Assembly (NCBI RefSeq): GCF_006345805.1
Contig: NC_043006.1
Span: forward strand, 81,778,001 to 81,842,000
Length of the DNA stretch: 64,000 nucleotides
Direction: 5' to 3'
DNA from: Octopus sinensis
Taxonomy: Eukaryota
The notes under the pieces were generated by a model, which was given only the letters and a program-made list of their open reading frames with translations, had not been told where the DNA came from and searched no databases. The translations under genes were made by a program, and so were the position numbers. Below, one piece after another: positions 25,260-40,155 of the stretch (position 1 is the stretch's first letter; each line of letters begins with the position of its first letter).

Positions 25260-25470
25260 ATATTCTGTTGTGTCTGGGGAGAGTCATTTTCTTTTTGTGC
25301 CTTATAAGGTAACACACTCACCGGTAAAATTTCCACTTATTGAAAAGGTTGCAAGAGCAACGAAAATTTTAGGAAAATAGAAATATGGAATAAGTGGAAA
25401 TTTTACCAGTGAGCGTGCTACATTATAAGGCACAAAAAGAAAATGACTCTCCCCAGACACAACAGTATAT
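25260..25470. repeat. Fold-back inverted repeat (82-bp arms, 5 mismatches) with a hammerhead-like motif at the arm/loop junction
   Basis: Arms 25260-25341 and 25389-25470, aligned by hand. Confidence 0.85.
25336..25373 (+). ncRNA. Minimal hammerhead-like motif with variant core U3-A8
   Basis: CUUA-UUGAAAA-G-GUUGC(AAGA)GCAAC-GAAA-AU-UU-UAGG; stem II 5 bp perfect, stem I 4 bp with one G-U, palindromic stem III AAUU. Confidence 0.55.
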
Positions 25471-25615
25471 ATATACATATTTATATATATATATATATTG
25501 TCTTTTTAACCTGTACAACCACATCTAAATTCTACCTGACCTGCCACTTTCCCCACATTCGTTGCTTCTCCTTCCTACTCTCCTTCTAATTCTTCTCCTT
25601 TTTTTTTATTTATAG

Positions 25616-25735
25616 GTGGATGCTGAACAACGACAACGGGATTTTGAACAGCTGCTGGATGAACATGCAGAACTTGTCCAGAACATCAGTCGGTCTTCCA
25701 GTTCGGAATCTGTAAACCAACGGGAAAGGGACTGA
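25616..25735 (+). CDS. Terminal coding exon of the same gene
   Basis: Long polypyrimidine tract ending tttatag; phase 0; VDAEQRQRDFEQLLDEHAELVQNISRSSSSESVNQRERD then TGA at 25733-25735. Confidence 0.75.
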   Translation: MDAEQRQRDFEQLLDEHAELVQNISRSSSSESVNQRERD

Positions 25736-25789
25736 CATACAATTGTCTGATTATGTCTTTGATTAGTTAGATATGTCTTCATCATAAAT

Positions 25790-25847
25790 GCTTACATATA
25801 TATAAATGCATATATATGTATACATACATATATATATATGTGTGTTC

Positions 25848-25879
<32 letters not shown>

Positions 25880-26401
25880 ATATGGGAATATATATGTGAA
25901 TATATTTATGTCTGAGTGTATATATATGTATGTATATGTATGTATGTATATATAAATCTGACAATCTAATGAAGTTTATATATATGAATATATTTATATA
26001 TATACATATATATATACACATACATATATACATGCATATACATATATATATATACATACATATATATAAATATATATATACATACATACGTGTGTGTATG
26101 TATATATATATATGTGTATGTGTGTATATATAGACACATACCCACATGTGTAATGCATTTATATGTCTATGTATGTATGCATACTTATGCATGTGAGAAT
26201 GCATTTTTACAAAAAAGTACAAGTACATTGATACATGCCCATGTGTATAAACATACATGAACATATATATATATATATGTACATATATGAATATGTATAT
26301 ATACTTAGACATACATTTATATGCATAAAAGTATACACACACACACATATATATATACATACATATACACACACATACACACACATTTATATATACATGG
26401 T

Positions 26402-26434
<33 letters not shown>

Positions 26435-26457
26435 ATATACACATATATATAGTATAA

Positions 26458-26539
<82 letters not shown>

Positions 26540-26992
26540 CTTATATATACACTATAAACTTATATATACACACACAGGTATTCATGCATAAATACACACA
26601 TACATTGATAATATAATACTGTTAATATTATAATGGACTCTATTACAATTATTAATAATTCCCATTTTTGTTGTTGTTCTTTTTCTTATTCTTATTTATC
26701 ATTATTACTATCATTATTATTATAACTATTATTATTATTATTAATATTGATATTATTATTATTACTATCAGGGTGGCCAGCTGGCAGAATTCTTAGCATG
26801 CCAGGCAAAATGCTTAGCAGCATTTCATCTGTCTTTACATTCTGAGTAAAAACTCCACCAGGGTCAACTTTGCCTTTTCATCCCTTCGGGGTCGAAAAAA
26901 TAAGTACCAGTTAGGCACTAGGTGGGGGGGTCGATGTAATCAACATTTACTTCCTTCCATGAAATTGCTGACCTTCTACCAAAATTTAAAAC

Positions 26993-27029
<37 letters not shown>

Positions 27030-27166
27030 GTTATTATTATTCCACTGAGGTTGACTTTGCCGTTCATCCATTTGTGGTAGATTAAATAAATACCATCTGT
27101 ATACTGGGGTTGATGTAATTGTCTAACACCTGCAAAATTTAAGGCCTTGTGCCTATTGTGGAAAGG

Positions 27167-27203
<37 letters not shown>

Positions 27204-27248
27204 TTTTTTTATTATTATTGTTATTATTATTATTATTATTGCTACTAC

Positions 27249-27299
<51 letters not shown>

Positions 27300-27573
27300 A
27301 TGCCAAAATATCCAATTCAATAGTAAACTGACATTAATGAATCCAAATAAAAATTTCCATAGACAAATGTGAAATATTTAGATAACTGCCTACGTAATTT
27401 ATATGAACACACTCAGCCAATTGTATAGAGGAAATGTATAGTATAGTATTTAGAAAAACAGTAATAGTTATGCGAACATTCCATTGTATTCCAATAATAA
27501 CCGGTGTACATAGGACATGTTTTACAAACTCTGCTGCATACAGATGTATGTATGTATCTATGTATGGATATAC

Positions 27574-27616
<43 letters not shown>

Positions 27617-27675
27617 GAGAGAGAGAGAAGTAGATAGATACATATATAGAGAGAAATAGATATGTAGATATATAC

Positions 27676-27708
<33 letters not shown>

Positions 27709-27760
27709 AGATACGTATATAGATAGATAGATAGATAGATATAGACACTATAGATACACA

Positions 27761-27825
<65 letters not shown>

Positions 27826-28287
27826 ACACATATATGTATATATTTATGCATGTGTTTGAGAGTGTGTGCATGTGTATGTATAATATATACAATATATAAT
27901 GATATATACATAGGTTATGCATATGTGTGTGTATATATATATATATATATATACACATATAATATATGTGTGTGTGTATTTATACATGTGTGTATGTATG
28001 TATCTAATTATATACATATATATACACATATAAACACACATGTACATAAACACATTCATGTATTAATGTATACACATGCTTGTGGGCATCTACTGACATG
28101 CATACATAGACGGACCGTAAACGTAAAAAATTCCATGCACAGAAAAGCAGTGCAAATGAAAGAAACCAAAGATGGCATCAGTTTTGGAATTGGATGGAAT
28201 TAGAAGAACTATTGTATTATATAATTTGGATCTGTTGAACAGCTAAAATAACTTTAATGATATATATATATAATTATATATATATTA

Positions 28288-28331
<44 letters not shown>

Positions 28332-28437
28332 CTATCACATACATATATATGTATGTATGTATATATATATGTATATATATATATACATACAGAAATAATT
28401 TAATTAAAACTTTGAATTTAACAATAGTTGATGATGT

Positions 28438-28468
<31 letters not shown>

Positions 28469-28649
28469 GATGATGACACTGATGATGAAGATAAGGATGA
28501 TGATGGTCATGGCGATCACCAAAAGTGCTGATTGAGATGGTAATAATGAAGATTTAGTATGCCTCGTAATACTAGCAAAAAGGAACGTTTTTAATAAACA
28601 ACACTTTAATACTAAATAGATAATACACCAGTAATAAATAATAATAATG

Positions 28650-28693
<44 letters not shown>

Positions 28694-29015
28694 GATGATA
28701 ATAATAACGAGAAATTTTTATGTTTGTCACAAGGGGTTTAAAATCAGAACATGTCATTTGTCATGATGAAAAGCAATACCTGTTAAATGCAAATCTGTGT
28801 AGTGTGCCTCTATGTGTGTATGTGTGTCTGCACATGTGTTTGTATTTGTATGCATGCATGTGTGTGTGTCTATATACATGAATATTTTTATGTATGTATT
28901 AATGTACACACGCATGTTTGTTTCTATATATATGTATGCATGAGTAAGCATTTATACATACAGGTATACATACATACACAAACACACAAAACATGCAGAT
29001 ATATATATGTACATA

Positions 29016-29083
<68 letters not shown>

Positions 29084-30272
29084 TACATATATGTACACAC
29101 ATACACACATATAGTGAAAAAGTTTGAGAAAAAATTCCACATGGTGAATTGTAGTAAAAGCCACATAAAAGGAAAGAAAATGCACAGGAATTTTATGTTG
29201 GAATATATGTGTATATATATATATAATATATATATTATATATATATATATATATGAAATAAAATATTTACATAGTCAACTGAAATTGGTTATGCTAATCA
29301 TGACTAAGTAATTACTGGTAATGTCCTAATTTCATGCTAATGAAATCTTATTATGAGAGCATGAAATTATAACTTTATCACTAACTACTTCGTCGTGATT
29401 ATCATAAGCGAAACCGGTCAACTGTGTAAATATTTTATGTCATAAAACTATATGCTTTATTCCAACATAAAATTTCTGTATATTTCCCTTTTTTCCTTTC
29501 TTATCAAATATATATGTATGCATGTATATTAAAAAATATACATATGCATATATACACACACATAAACATATATATATATACATATTCATATCTATCAAAT
29601 TGATGATGATGATGATGATAATAATGATGATGACTAAGTTACAGAATCAAGATGGATTACTATAAGGTGATGATAATGAGCATTAGAAGAATTACTGACA
29701 TAATGCAGGTAAAGATAACAAAGAGAGATAACTGCATGTAGTAAATCTTCACTTTTGTGTTTAAAATTTTCTACAACTCAGCTCAGATAAATATTAAGTC
29801 AGGTATTCCAAATGTTATAAGAGCAAAGAATTGCATACACACACACAGACATTTATATATAGAGAGAAAAAATAAGAGATAGATATCAAAAAATGATCAA
29901 TGGTCCTTTGTGAACATAGACTCCTATGGTCAGCTTCTCGGATACTATCACGTCACAGGACATACACAAACACACACATAAATATATATATAAACATTTA
30001 TATATACATGTGCATACATATACACATAGATATACAGACATATGTATAGAGATCCACAAATAAACATACATACACTGACATGTACATGCCCACAAACACA
30101 TGTATGTATATATGCTTGTGTATGTTCATCCGGATGCATATGTATGTATGTATAAATGAAAGTTTAAAACTATTTCATAACCAGTATAATAATGTGTGTG
30201 TATCTATCTATCTATCTATATATATATATATATAATATATGTATATATAAAGTAAATATGTATTTGTAAATG

Positions 30273-30346
<74 letters not shown>

Positions 30347-30953
30347 ATTTATGTATGATATATATGAATGTGTATATATGTGTGTTTGGGCGTGTGTGTG
30401 GATGTATGTATGTATATCTACATATGCATATATGTATGCGTCTATCTATCTATATATATAGATATAGATATATATATATGTATATATATACATATATATA
30501 TATGTATATTTATATGTATGTGTATATATATGTGTGCGTGTATATATATATGTGTCTGTGTGTATACATATGCATATATATGTCTATATGTGAGTGTGTG
30601 TGTATATATATATATAATGTATATATATGTATATGTAAATATATGTATATATATATATAATGTATATGTATATATACATATATAGATAATGTATATATAT
30701 GTGTATATATATATATATGGGTTACAGTTTATAATTTACAAGGAAGTTTCTATACTGATGACCTCATAAGAATAAGTACCAATGAGGCCATTAGCATTGA
30801 AACGGTCTTGCAAACTGCAAACTGTAACTAAATAAGCACAAAATACTCTGCACTAAAGAGTATTTTGATTTAGGTTGTGAATCCTTCTGTCTTTAGGAAC
30901 AAACACAACCATTATATACATAAATACTTATACATATATATATATACATAAAT

Positions 30954-30984
<31 letters not shown>

Positions 30985-31040
30985 AAAACATACACATTTA
31001 TGTGCACATACACACATATACATACATGTACAGACTATGT
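25790..31040. repeat. Extended low-complexity region of (AT)n, (ATGT)n, (ATT)n and (GAT)n with interspersed decayed SINEs
   Basis: Seen directly; includes family A copies at about 26770-26995 and 27045-27165. Confidence 0.85.
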
Positions 31041-31492
31041 TTTGGCTTTTGTTGTCAAGTTTACAGACAAGGTTAATTGCATTTGCAGTGCTGCATAAAC
31101 TGTCATAACGATGTTGCTAAACGTAAGAATATAGTCAGCTCTCAGATTCATATAATTTAAAATAATTTTTCAATGCTTTTGTTTTCTGTTGTCATTATTA
31201 TTATTAAAAGAAATCATTATTACTATTATCATTATTATTATTATTATTATTATTATCATTATTATTATTATTATTATTATTATTGTTATTATTATTATTA
31301 CTATCATTATTAAAGATTTACATAACTGTCCATGAAGGTAAATAGACAATAAGAAAAGCATGATGCAATTTGTAATAGACTGTATATTTAATCATTTGAA
31401 CAATATTTCAACAGATCATCTGTCTTCTATCAAAATAGAAATGCTGGACTTCCTTGTTACTACTACTATTATTATTATTATTATTATTATTA

Positions 31493-31526
<34 letters not shown>

Positions 31527-31541
31527 GTTGTTATTATTATT

Positions 31542-31760
31542 AGGTGGGTGAGCTGGCAGAATCGTTAGCATGCCGGGCAAAATGTCTTGTAGTATTTCGC
31601 CCATAGCTACATTCTGAGTTCAAATTCTACCAAGGTCGGCTTTGCCTTTCATCCTTTCAGAATTGATAAATTAAGTACCAGTAAATCACTGGGGTTGATG
31701 TAATCAGCTAGTCCCCTCCCCTCAAATTTCAGGCCTTGTGCCTATAGCAGAAAGGATTAT
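31542..31760 (+). mobile_element. CpG-decayed family A SINE between (ATT)n tracts
   Basis: Same head and central domain with many CG-to-TG/CA changes. Confidence 0.85.
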
Positions 31761-32038
31761 TATTATTATTGTTATTTTTTAAAAATCATTATTATTATCA
31801 TTATTGGGTAATTTTTTTTTAGATTATTTTGCCCGCTCTTGTTTTTGATAAATTATCCAAATATGTTTTTTGTCTTTTTGTTTGATTTCTTTTTTGATGT
31901 TGTATTTTGTGTTGTTGTTATTGTTGTCAGCTTTATGGGAGCTTTTTTATTCCATATTATGTTCTGTGTTTTGTTTCATTCAGTTTTGCTTTTCATTTTA
32001 GTCTTTTTAATGTTTCTAATTGTTTATATGTATGTGTG

Positions 32039-32101
<63 letters not shown>

Positions 32102-32242
32102 TCTTCAGGACAAGGGCCTTTGCATCAGTGATTTCAAGCAAGGATTACTAACAACAATAAGGCATGCCACCATAATATTTAAGCACAAATCTACATGCTT
32201 ATATCTGCACACATACAAACATATATAGATATATACGTACAT

Positions 32243-32290
<48 letters not shown>

Positions 32291-32322
32291 TGTAAGACAG
32301 ATAGATATATATATATGTACTG

Positions 32323-32406
<84 letters not shown>

Positions 32407-33665
32407 GAAAAAGAGAGAGAGAGATAGACATGTAAATAGAGGAAATGAGAGGGGGAAAATGCTTATTACATTAAGACGGTGTCACATGTGTAATAAAGTG
32501 AATTGAACCCATTCAATCAACTGAAATTATCTAAGCAATTAATTTTCAAGTCTAAAAAAAATAACAATAAAACTAACAAGCATGGGAGATAACTCAAAGA
32601 AGATCAGTTGACTGAAGTTTTTCAGCAATATAACAATTGCTGAGTGGAATAGATTTGGTGTCTTTCAAACCAATTGGGCGTGTCAAACAGTAGGCACAGT
32701 TTAATAATACTCTTCAACAAAATATAAATATGTTTTAATCAGTTGGCATTAATGAAAGTGGTTAATGAATATAGACATAGAAGAAACTGTATCATTGTTT
32801 TACTGAAGAAAATCAAAAGAATTATGTATGTGATTTAAATAATGAAGTATTTACATGCAATCTGTTGGATGTAGAAGTACACATATTATATGTTATACTG
32901 GTATTATACAAGCGCTGTATAAGGAATATATAATCAATAATAAGCAAAATACTGTAGTCTATTAATACATTTTAACTTCAGGCTTCAGCTAATAGAAATA
33001 TATATAGAATGTATGTATGTATGTATTATGTATGTATGAATGAATGTATGTATTATGTATGTATGTATGTATGTGGGCTTATGTTGGACAAATGAGTCAA
33101 TACTTGTTGTAGAGGATATAGACTTTTTATTGAAACTAAAACGGCGTGTGTGCCTCACAAATTGAAGAATATATATGTATATGTATGTAATATAATATCC
33201 ATATATGTATGTAATATGATATACATATATATAAAATATATGTATATTATGCCATATACATATGTATATTATGATAAATACATACATATATATATATATA
33301 TATATACACACACAGAAAGAGAAAGTGAGAGAGAGAGAGAAAGAAAGAGTGAGAGAGAGAGAAACAGGAAAGAAGGAGAAAGAGCAGAAATGGGAGAAAT
33401 ATATGTGTAAAAGCATAATTTTCTGGCATCACTTATATTTCCTGTACGATTAATAATTTTCTATTCATTAGCGATTTACTAATGAGTTTCTCCTTTAAAT
33501 GGAAGGACTATTAAAAACTGAAATAGAATATATTTGAAAGCAAATCTTAAATGATTAAAAATATAAGAACAAAATAAACTGCATAATAGATATCCATGCA
33601 ACAGAAAGCACATTTCTTTTTTGTGTCTGGGCTACTAGACCTACAGCGATTACTACTACTACTAC

Positions 33666-33720
<55 letters not shown>

Positions 33721-34858
33721 AAAAATAATAATAATAATAATTCTTTTAAATTTTGGCACTTGGCCAGCAACCTTAGAGAAGTGGTTATATTAACACTAGT
33801 GTTTGACTTGTGATTATTTTATTGACCCTGAAAGGATAGAAAGGCAAAGTTTACCTCGGTGGCATTTGAACTCTGAACACAAAGAACCAGAAGAAACACC
33901 ATTGAGCATTCTATCATATGTGTTAATGATTCAGACAGCTTGCCATAATAATACTACTACTACTAATAATAATAATAATAATAATAATAGCAATAATAAT
34001 GATAATAATAATAATAATAATAATAACAATAATAATGATAATAATAATAATTAGTGTGATAGAAACTGAGTTTGGAGTCGGTATGTGTCTTTCCGTAGCC
34101 AAATCTGTAGGTATTCCTGTTTGTGTGTACATCTGTATATCTGACTGTGTGTGTATATATGAAAAGCAGTGTATGTAGATGTGTGTATAAATCTTTAATC
34201 ATTTACATATTTTTAAACTACCAAAGAATGAAACACGGAATGACTGTAAAACAATTTATTTTCTTTTAATTAATAACTTACTCTATTTATTTAATTTTAT
34301 TTATTAATTATTTTACTTATTTATTCATTTATTGTGGAGCTGCAATGGTTTTCTTGCATTTCCTTAATTTAGGGTTTAAATTCAAATAATTAAATACAAA
34401 CGTTTGTATATGTACAGCCAGGCACACATAAACACAGATGGAAACCCACACAACCATCTGCACACATAAACATATACATATATGCATATGTGTGCGTATA
34501 TACATAAACATACAGTGTATTTGTTTCATAAATGTTTTTTAAATAGTGCGCTGTCAAGTTATTTCCCATTTACAGATCTTCCCGAGTTTAGAAATACTAA
34601 TATTTTGTCTATGATTTGAAAGTGTTTCTTTCTCCTTTTTACAATTTCCTGAAGCCTTCTTGTAACGCAGCCTCAGTCATATTAAATGTGCATTTTACTC
34701 TGTGCTTTCTCAATGGACTGGTTGTTTTCAAGGTGTAAAAGCCATTATATAAAAATTTAAATTGAGAATCAGGTATAAGTTGATGATAAATCCATACATA
34801 AATACATATACACCTATCTACCTATTTCTCTGTCTCTTTCTCTCTCTCAATACATACA

Positions 34859-34896
<38 letters not shown>

Positions 34897-36044
34897 ATAT
34901 ATATATATATATATACATACATATATATATATACATACATATATATATATACAATATATATATATATGCATATATATATAAATGCATATATATATATGCA
35001 ATATATATAAATGCATATATATATTAAATATATAATATATATATATACATTATATATATAATGTATGTGTATGTATGTGTGTATATATATGTGTGTGTTT
35101 ATGTATGTGTTTTGTGCATGCACATGAATACATATACGTACATACATGTACATATATATTTAAACTTATATTTATACTTACGTATGTATGTATGTATGTG
35201 TGTATATATATGTGTGTGTTTATGTATGTGTTTTGTGCATGCACATGAATACATATACGTACATACATGTACATATATATTTAAACTTATATTTATACTT
35301 ACGTATGTATGTATGTATGTGTGTGATTTGATAAACCTTTTGCCACTGCCTCTTTAATAGCAACATTCATTCTAGAGATGAACGGCTATTATTGATTGTG
35401 GTGAGGGGGTGGAAGCAGTTGTGATGATGGTGATGTTGATGATGATGATGACGATGATATTGATGGTTGCAAGACTGAGATGGAGTGATTTGAAAATTAA
35501 GGAAGTTTTATGATAATGACAGTGATGATGATTGTAAATGATAATGATGGCACCAATGTGTGCCAAAAATGACAATGCTCTCAAGAACATTGACCGGTTG
35601 AAATATTAAGTCTCAGACAAGATACATGGCCAGTATTTGGTTGTATCCCTTGAATTACTTTTTAGTCCGTTTAACTTATTCATCCTTCAGCGGTCAATAA
35701 AAATACATAGATTATAAAAATCATAACAACTAATGTCAATGTAATCGACTATACCCTATAGAGAAAATACAGTGCTCCAGCATGACCGGAGTTCAGTTAT
35801 TGAAAGATTGAAAGAACAGTGCTGGAGATGATTGTGAGGATAAAGATGACAACTGTGGACAGTAGACATCATGAAGAATTCAGCGGTTCTTAGAATTATG
35901 ATGGAATTTACAATACTACTGATGAAGCTATGTGTTGATGATGGTTTATATAATACAATATACCTTGGCAAGGCAAGAAGGCATAGAAATATTTAAGGTT
36001 AATGAATACTCTCCAAAGATTTACAAACTGCTCTCTGGTACTTA

Positions 36045-36239
36045 TTGGTATTATACAGCACTTCGTACAGATTAGTAGGAGACAGGAAGATCGTGCTCTT
36101 AGTCTTTCCAGAACCTCTGAGACAGGAGATATGGGAAAGGATCCACAGGGTAAAAGAGACCATGTTTTACAAGATGTCCTCAGATTTGAAGCATATTCTA
36201 AATACTTATAACAGAGTGGATTTCAGTGAAAGTCCTTAA
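36045..36239 (+). mobile_element. Possible degraded Gypsy-type integrase fragment (zinc-binding region)
   Basis: VLY...LLVFPEPLRQEIWERIH resembles the LVVPxxLRxEILxxxH pattern that precedes the HHCC motif; the rest is decayed. Confidence 0.35.
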
Positions 36240-39200
36240 GGACCCAGAGGCCAGATAGTGATGGACTTGATCTAGGTTTTATCAACCAAGTTGTTCTTTT
36301 CAAAGTAATTCCACATTATAGCAGTGGTATCAACTGAAAATCAAATGATAAACACATTTCTCTCATGGTTGTTAGGGTTTTAGGGACTCAATAACAACAT
36401 TTACCTAATCCCATTCTTTCTCGTCTTATCTCAGCTCAATTCCTAAAATTTATCATCACTTAATCATCATCATCATAGTCATTATCTGTAGAAGCAGATG
36501 GCTACAGTCCTCCCCATCTATTGAAACTTTCATAATCAACTGGTATCCTATGATTGGTTATTTAGCCTTGGTCAACAGCAATATTTTAATCTTTAGACAG
36601 TATTTGAACTCAGAACACACCGAATTTGGACAGTACCATAAGGCATCTTGTCTGATGCTCACACAACTCTGCCAAATCACTGTCCTGGACTGGCACTATA
36701 TTTACTGATTACAAAAGCATGAAAGGCAGAGTTGACTTAAACAGAATTTGAATACAAAGGCATTCTATGGAATGACTCTATCAGTTCACAGTCCATTATT
36801 ACAATATAATTTTATTGTTGTCAAGAAATAAAATTATTGCTTTTATGGATAGAAGAAATAGTGCAGCACCTAATTTCTGAAGTTCCAGTTTCAAATTTTG
36901 CATGGTTCAACTTTGCCTTTCATTCTTCCAGAAGAGGGGCTCAATAAAATGAAGGACCAGTCAAGCACTGAGACTTATCATTGACTGCTCCCTTTACTCA
37001 AGTTGAAACCTTGTGGCTATGATGAAATTATTATCATATATTATTAGAAATTATAATTATTTTTTAATAGTTAATCTTTAACACACTGTAGGTGTATCAT
37101 GTCAGTGTATGGGTTTTCTTCCCTGTAGTAACAGGGCAGTGGCAGGGGAAATAATTCTAGAGAAAATGTAGTGTGCTAAAGGGTAATTGGCTGATTTGTT
37201 AGCACACTGGACAAGACGCCTGTAGTACTTTAATTATGGTTGTTTACATCCTGAGTTCACATCAGGGCAACATCAACTTTACTTCTTAATCCTTCCAAGG
37301 TTGATAATATAAAATACCAATCCAGAACTTGTTGACTTAATTGGTTATTTTAGAGCTGTATTGTTATTGATTATAATAGCTTTGACTATTGAAGAGCTTA
37401 ATTTAAATAATAATTTATGTCAAAATTTGTGATTTTGTGTCAATGATAGAAATCATTAAATACTGTAAGTGTAAATAGCAGTGCACATGGCTCAGGGGTT
37501 AGAGTGTTAGGCTTATAATTGTGAGGTTGTGAATTCAATTCCCAGACCAGGCTGTGTGTTGTGTTTTTGAGCAAAACACTTTATTTCACGTTACTCCAGT
37601 CCACTCAGCTGTAGAAATGAGTTGCAACATCACTAGTGCCAAGCTGCATCAGCATTTGCCTTTGCCTTGGACAACTTTAGTGGCATGGACAGGGAAGAGT
37701 GGTGTGAATGGGCAAATGTTGGTCTTCCACAAAACAACCTTTCCCAGACCTGTGCCTCAGAGCGTGACTTTCTAGGTGTAACCCCACGGTCACTTGTGAT
37801 CGAAGGGAGGCTTTACCAAATAGCAATGCATTTAGACATGATGGTAATGCAGGCAATGGCTTTAAATGGTACTTTTTACAGGGATGACAGAGATTTTCTT
37901 CTTTAGAGATGACAACAGCTAAAGATAGATCAATGCCACAGACAGAATTCAAGTAGTATCAGTCAAGTTACCTATAGCAATCAATCAGTTAACTGCCACC
38001 TACAGATGACAGCAACAGGCTTGTTTTATGAGATATGATAACATTTAGGTTTAGGTTAATTAGTCTACCTTGCATATAATACAGCAGTTTTCTATCAGTG
38101 TTCTTGACAGGTTGCATGTTTATTCTCGTATATTTTCTGGTGACCAGGCTGGAGCAGAACAAGACCAGCCAGTTGTATACTTTGTTCTGTTTTGGAATCT
38201 TCATAACACTGCTCTTCTTAAGATATCTTTGTCTCTAACATCTTAGTACAAAATTCTTTATATTCTTCTCAGACTCTTTTTGTGAAAGGCATTTTACAGT
38301 TTGATAAATTTTGCAGTTTTCTTCCATATGCATATATTTAATTAGAATCAGATGATGAATCAGTGGCAGTTTCCAAATAAAGAAGTTAATATATACATCT
38401 ATATATATATATTCATGTAAGGCTCTGAGCCTGGCTGGGATTGGACAGAAGAAATCAAAAGACTTGGTTTTAATGCTTAAAACAGAGCTGACTCTATTCT
38501 ACTAAAACCAGCATCACAAACACGTGTATGTGTGTGTATGTATGATGGAGTGTGCACACAATAACACACATATATATAAGTATAGAGAGAGAGACAGACA
38601 GACAGACAGACACAGACAAACAGACTGAACATAGGAAAAGACATTATTTTTTATATATACAAACAGTTGTTCACCACCATTTGGACGATGACTTGCACCA
38701 TAATTAGATATAGATATAAAAATATGTTAAAAATGAGTTACATACTTTTCATTAAAGTCCCATTCAAAAATTTTACAGTTCTATAATATTAATGTTTATA
38801 CTGTTTGCTCAGTCTATAAAGCATTTTAAAATGCAATAAAAACTTTGTATCACCTATAATGACAACAATAATAATTATTATTTCTAATATAGGCACAAGG
38901 CCAGCATTTTCTTGAGGGGAAATGGTTAATTAATTATATTGTCCCCAGTACGAGAATAGTATCCCATTTTATCAACTCCAATGGAATGAAATGCAAAGTT
39001 TATCTCAGCTAGTTTTGAACTCAAAATGTATAGGACTTCAATTAAATGCAGCAAAATATTTTATCCAAGGCTCTAATACTTCAGCCAATCCACAGAGAAA
39101 TAATAGTAAAATTGATAAACCAAGATATGGGGAAACAGTGTACACTTAAAAAAGATATTAAAGAAACAGCTAAATGTCAAAAGTTTGCTTTTTCCAAATT

Positions 39201-39315
39201 TTTCAGTATTCATAATTAGCAGCATCCAATTCATCAACGGATTGTTTCTTCTTTTGACTTGCATACACGCACATGTGTGTAGATGTATGTACGTACGTGT
39301 GTGTTTGTCAGTGTA

Positions 39316-39351
<36 letters not shown>

Positions 39352-40046
39352 CGTGCGCGTGTGTACGTGTGTGAATGAATGGAATAACAGCTACAATCAT
39401 TATTACCATATGAGACGAAACAAACTATTATATTCCCTCCTTTTTAATAGCAGTATCTATTGTGAAGTTTCTTTTGCAACCTGGTCTCCCATACAGTTCT
39501 GTACACTGTCAGGCCATATATTACCGTTACAGTTGTCTCTACTATCTCAGCCTATGTTTATTAACGAACAGCATGCATCTGACGCACACAAGTATATAAT
39601 TATAACGTTATCGCTCTAGTGAACTAACAGAAAAATGCACACACATACACACAGAAACACGTTCTGATGAATCAAAAGAAAATATAAACGCTTGTAGAGA
39701 AAGCATAGTAGAAACAATTACGATCTAGCCAAGCTTTTGATTCGTAGAGAACAGGAAAAAATTTTTTTAAATCTGCACACATATATGTATGGATATATGT
39801 AAATTATGTAGGGGGGCGAGCACCTCTGAGTAGAGAGACACAAACGACTAGTGATTTAAAAAATGCGTGATCCAGTTAAATTCTTTTGAGATGCTTTAAT
39901 TTTGTCTCCGTGACTGTGTTTGTAGTGGACCGAGTTTCTATTTCTGGGCTTTTATTTACAAATTCCTCCATACCTGTTTCCTTACATATCTCAGGCTTCA
40001 TTCTATATGAGACCAATATAGTATGTATATGTATGCATGCTGTAAG

Positions 40047-40101
<55 letters not shown>

Positions 40102-40155
40102 CAGATAAAGGGTGAAATATAATTATTTAATAAAATCAATAAATTTCACCTAGTA

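Noticed and set aside
30750-30812. CUGAUGA...GAAACGGUC hammerhead candidate
   Set aside because: An 11-nt insert separates the CCUCAU/AUGAGG stem from GAAA and stem I does not pair.
37667-38204. Short ORFs on both strands in a GC-richer island
   Set aside because: No recognisable domain and no consistent splice sites.
39876-40010. Minus-strand exon candidate RMKPEICKETGMEEF...
   Set aside because: The acceptor is plausible, but no partner exon or homology was found and it is adjacent to repeat-derived palindromic DNA.
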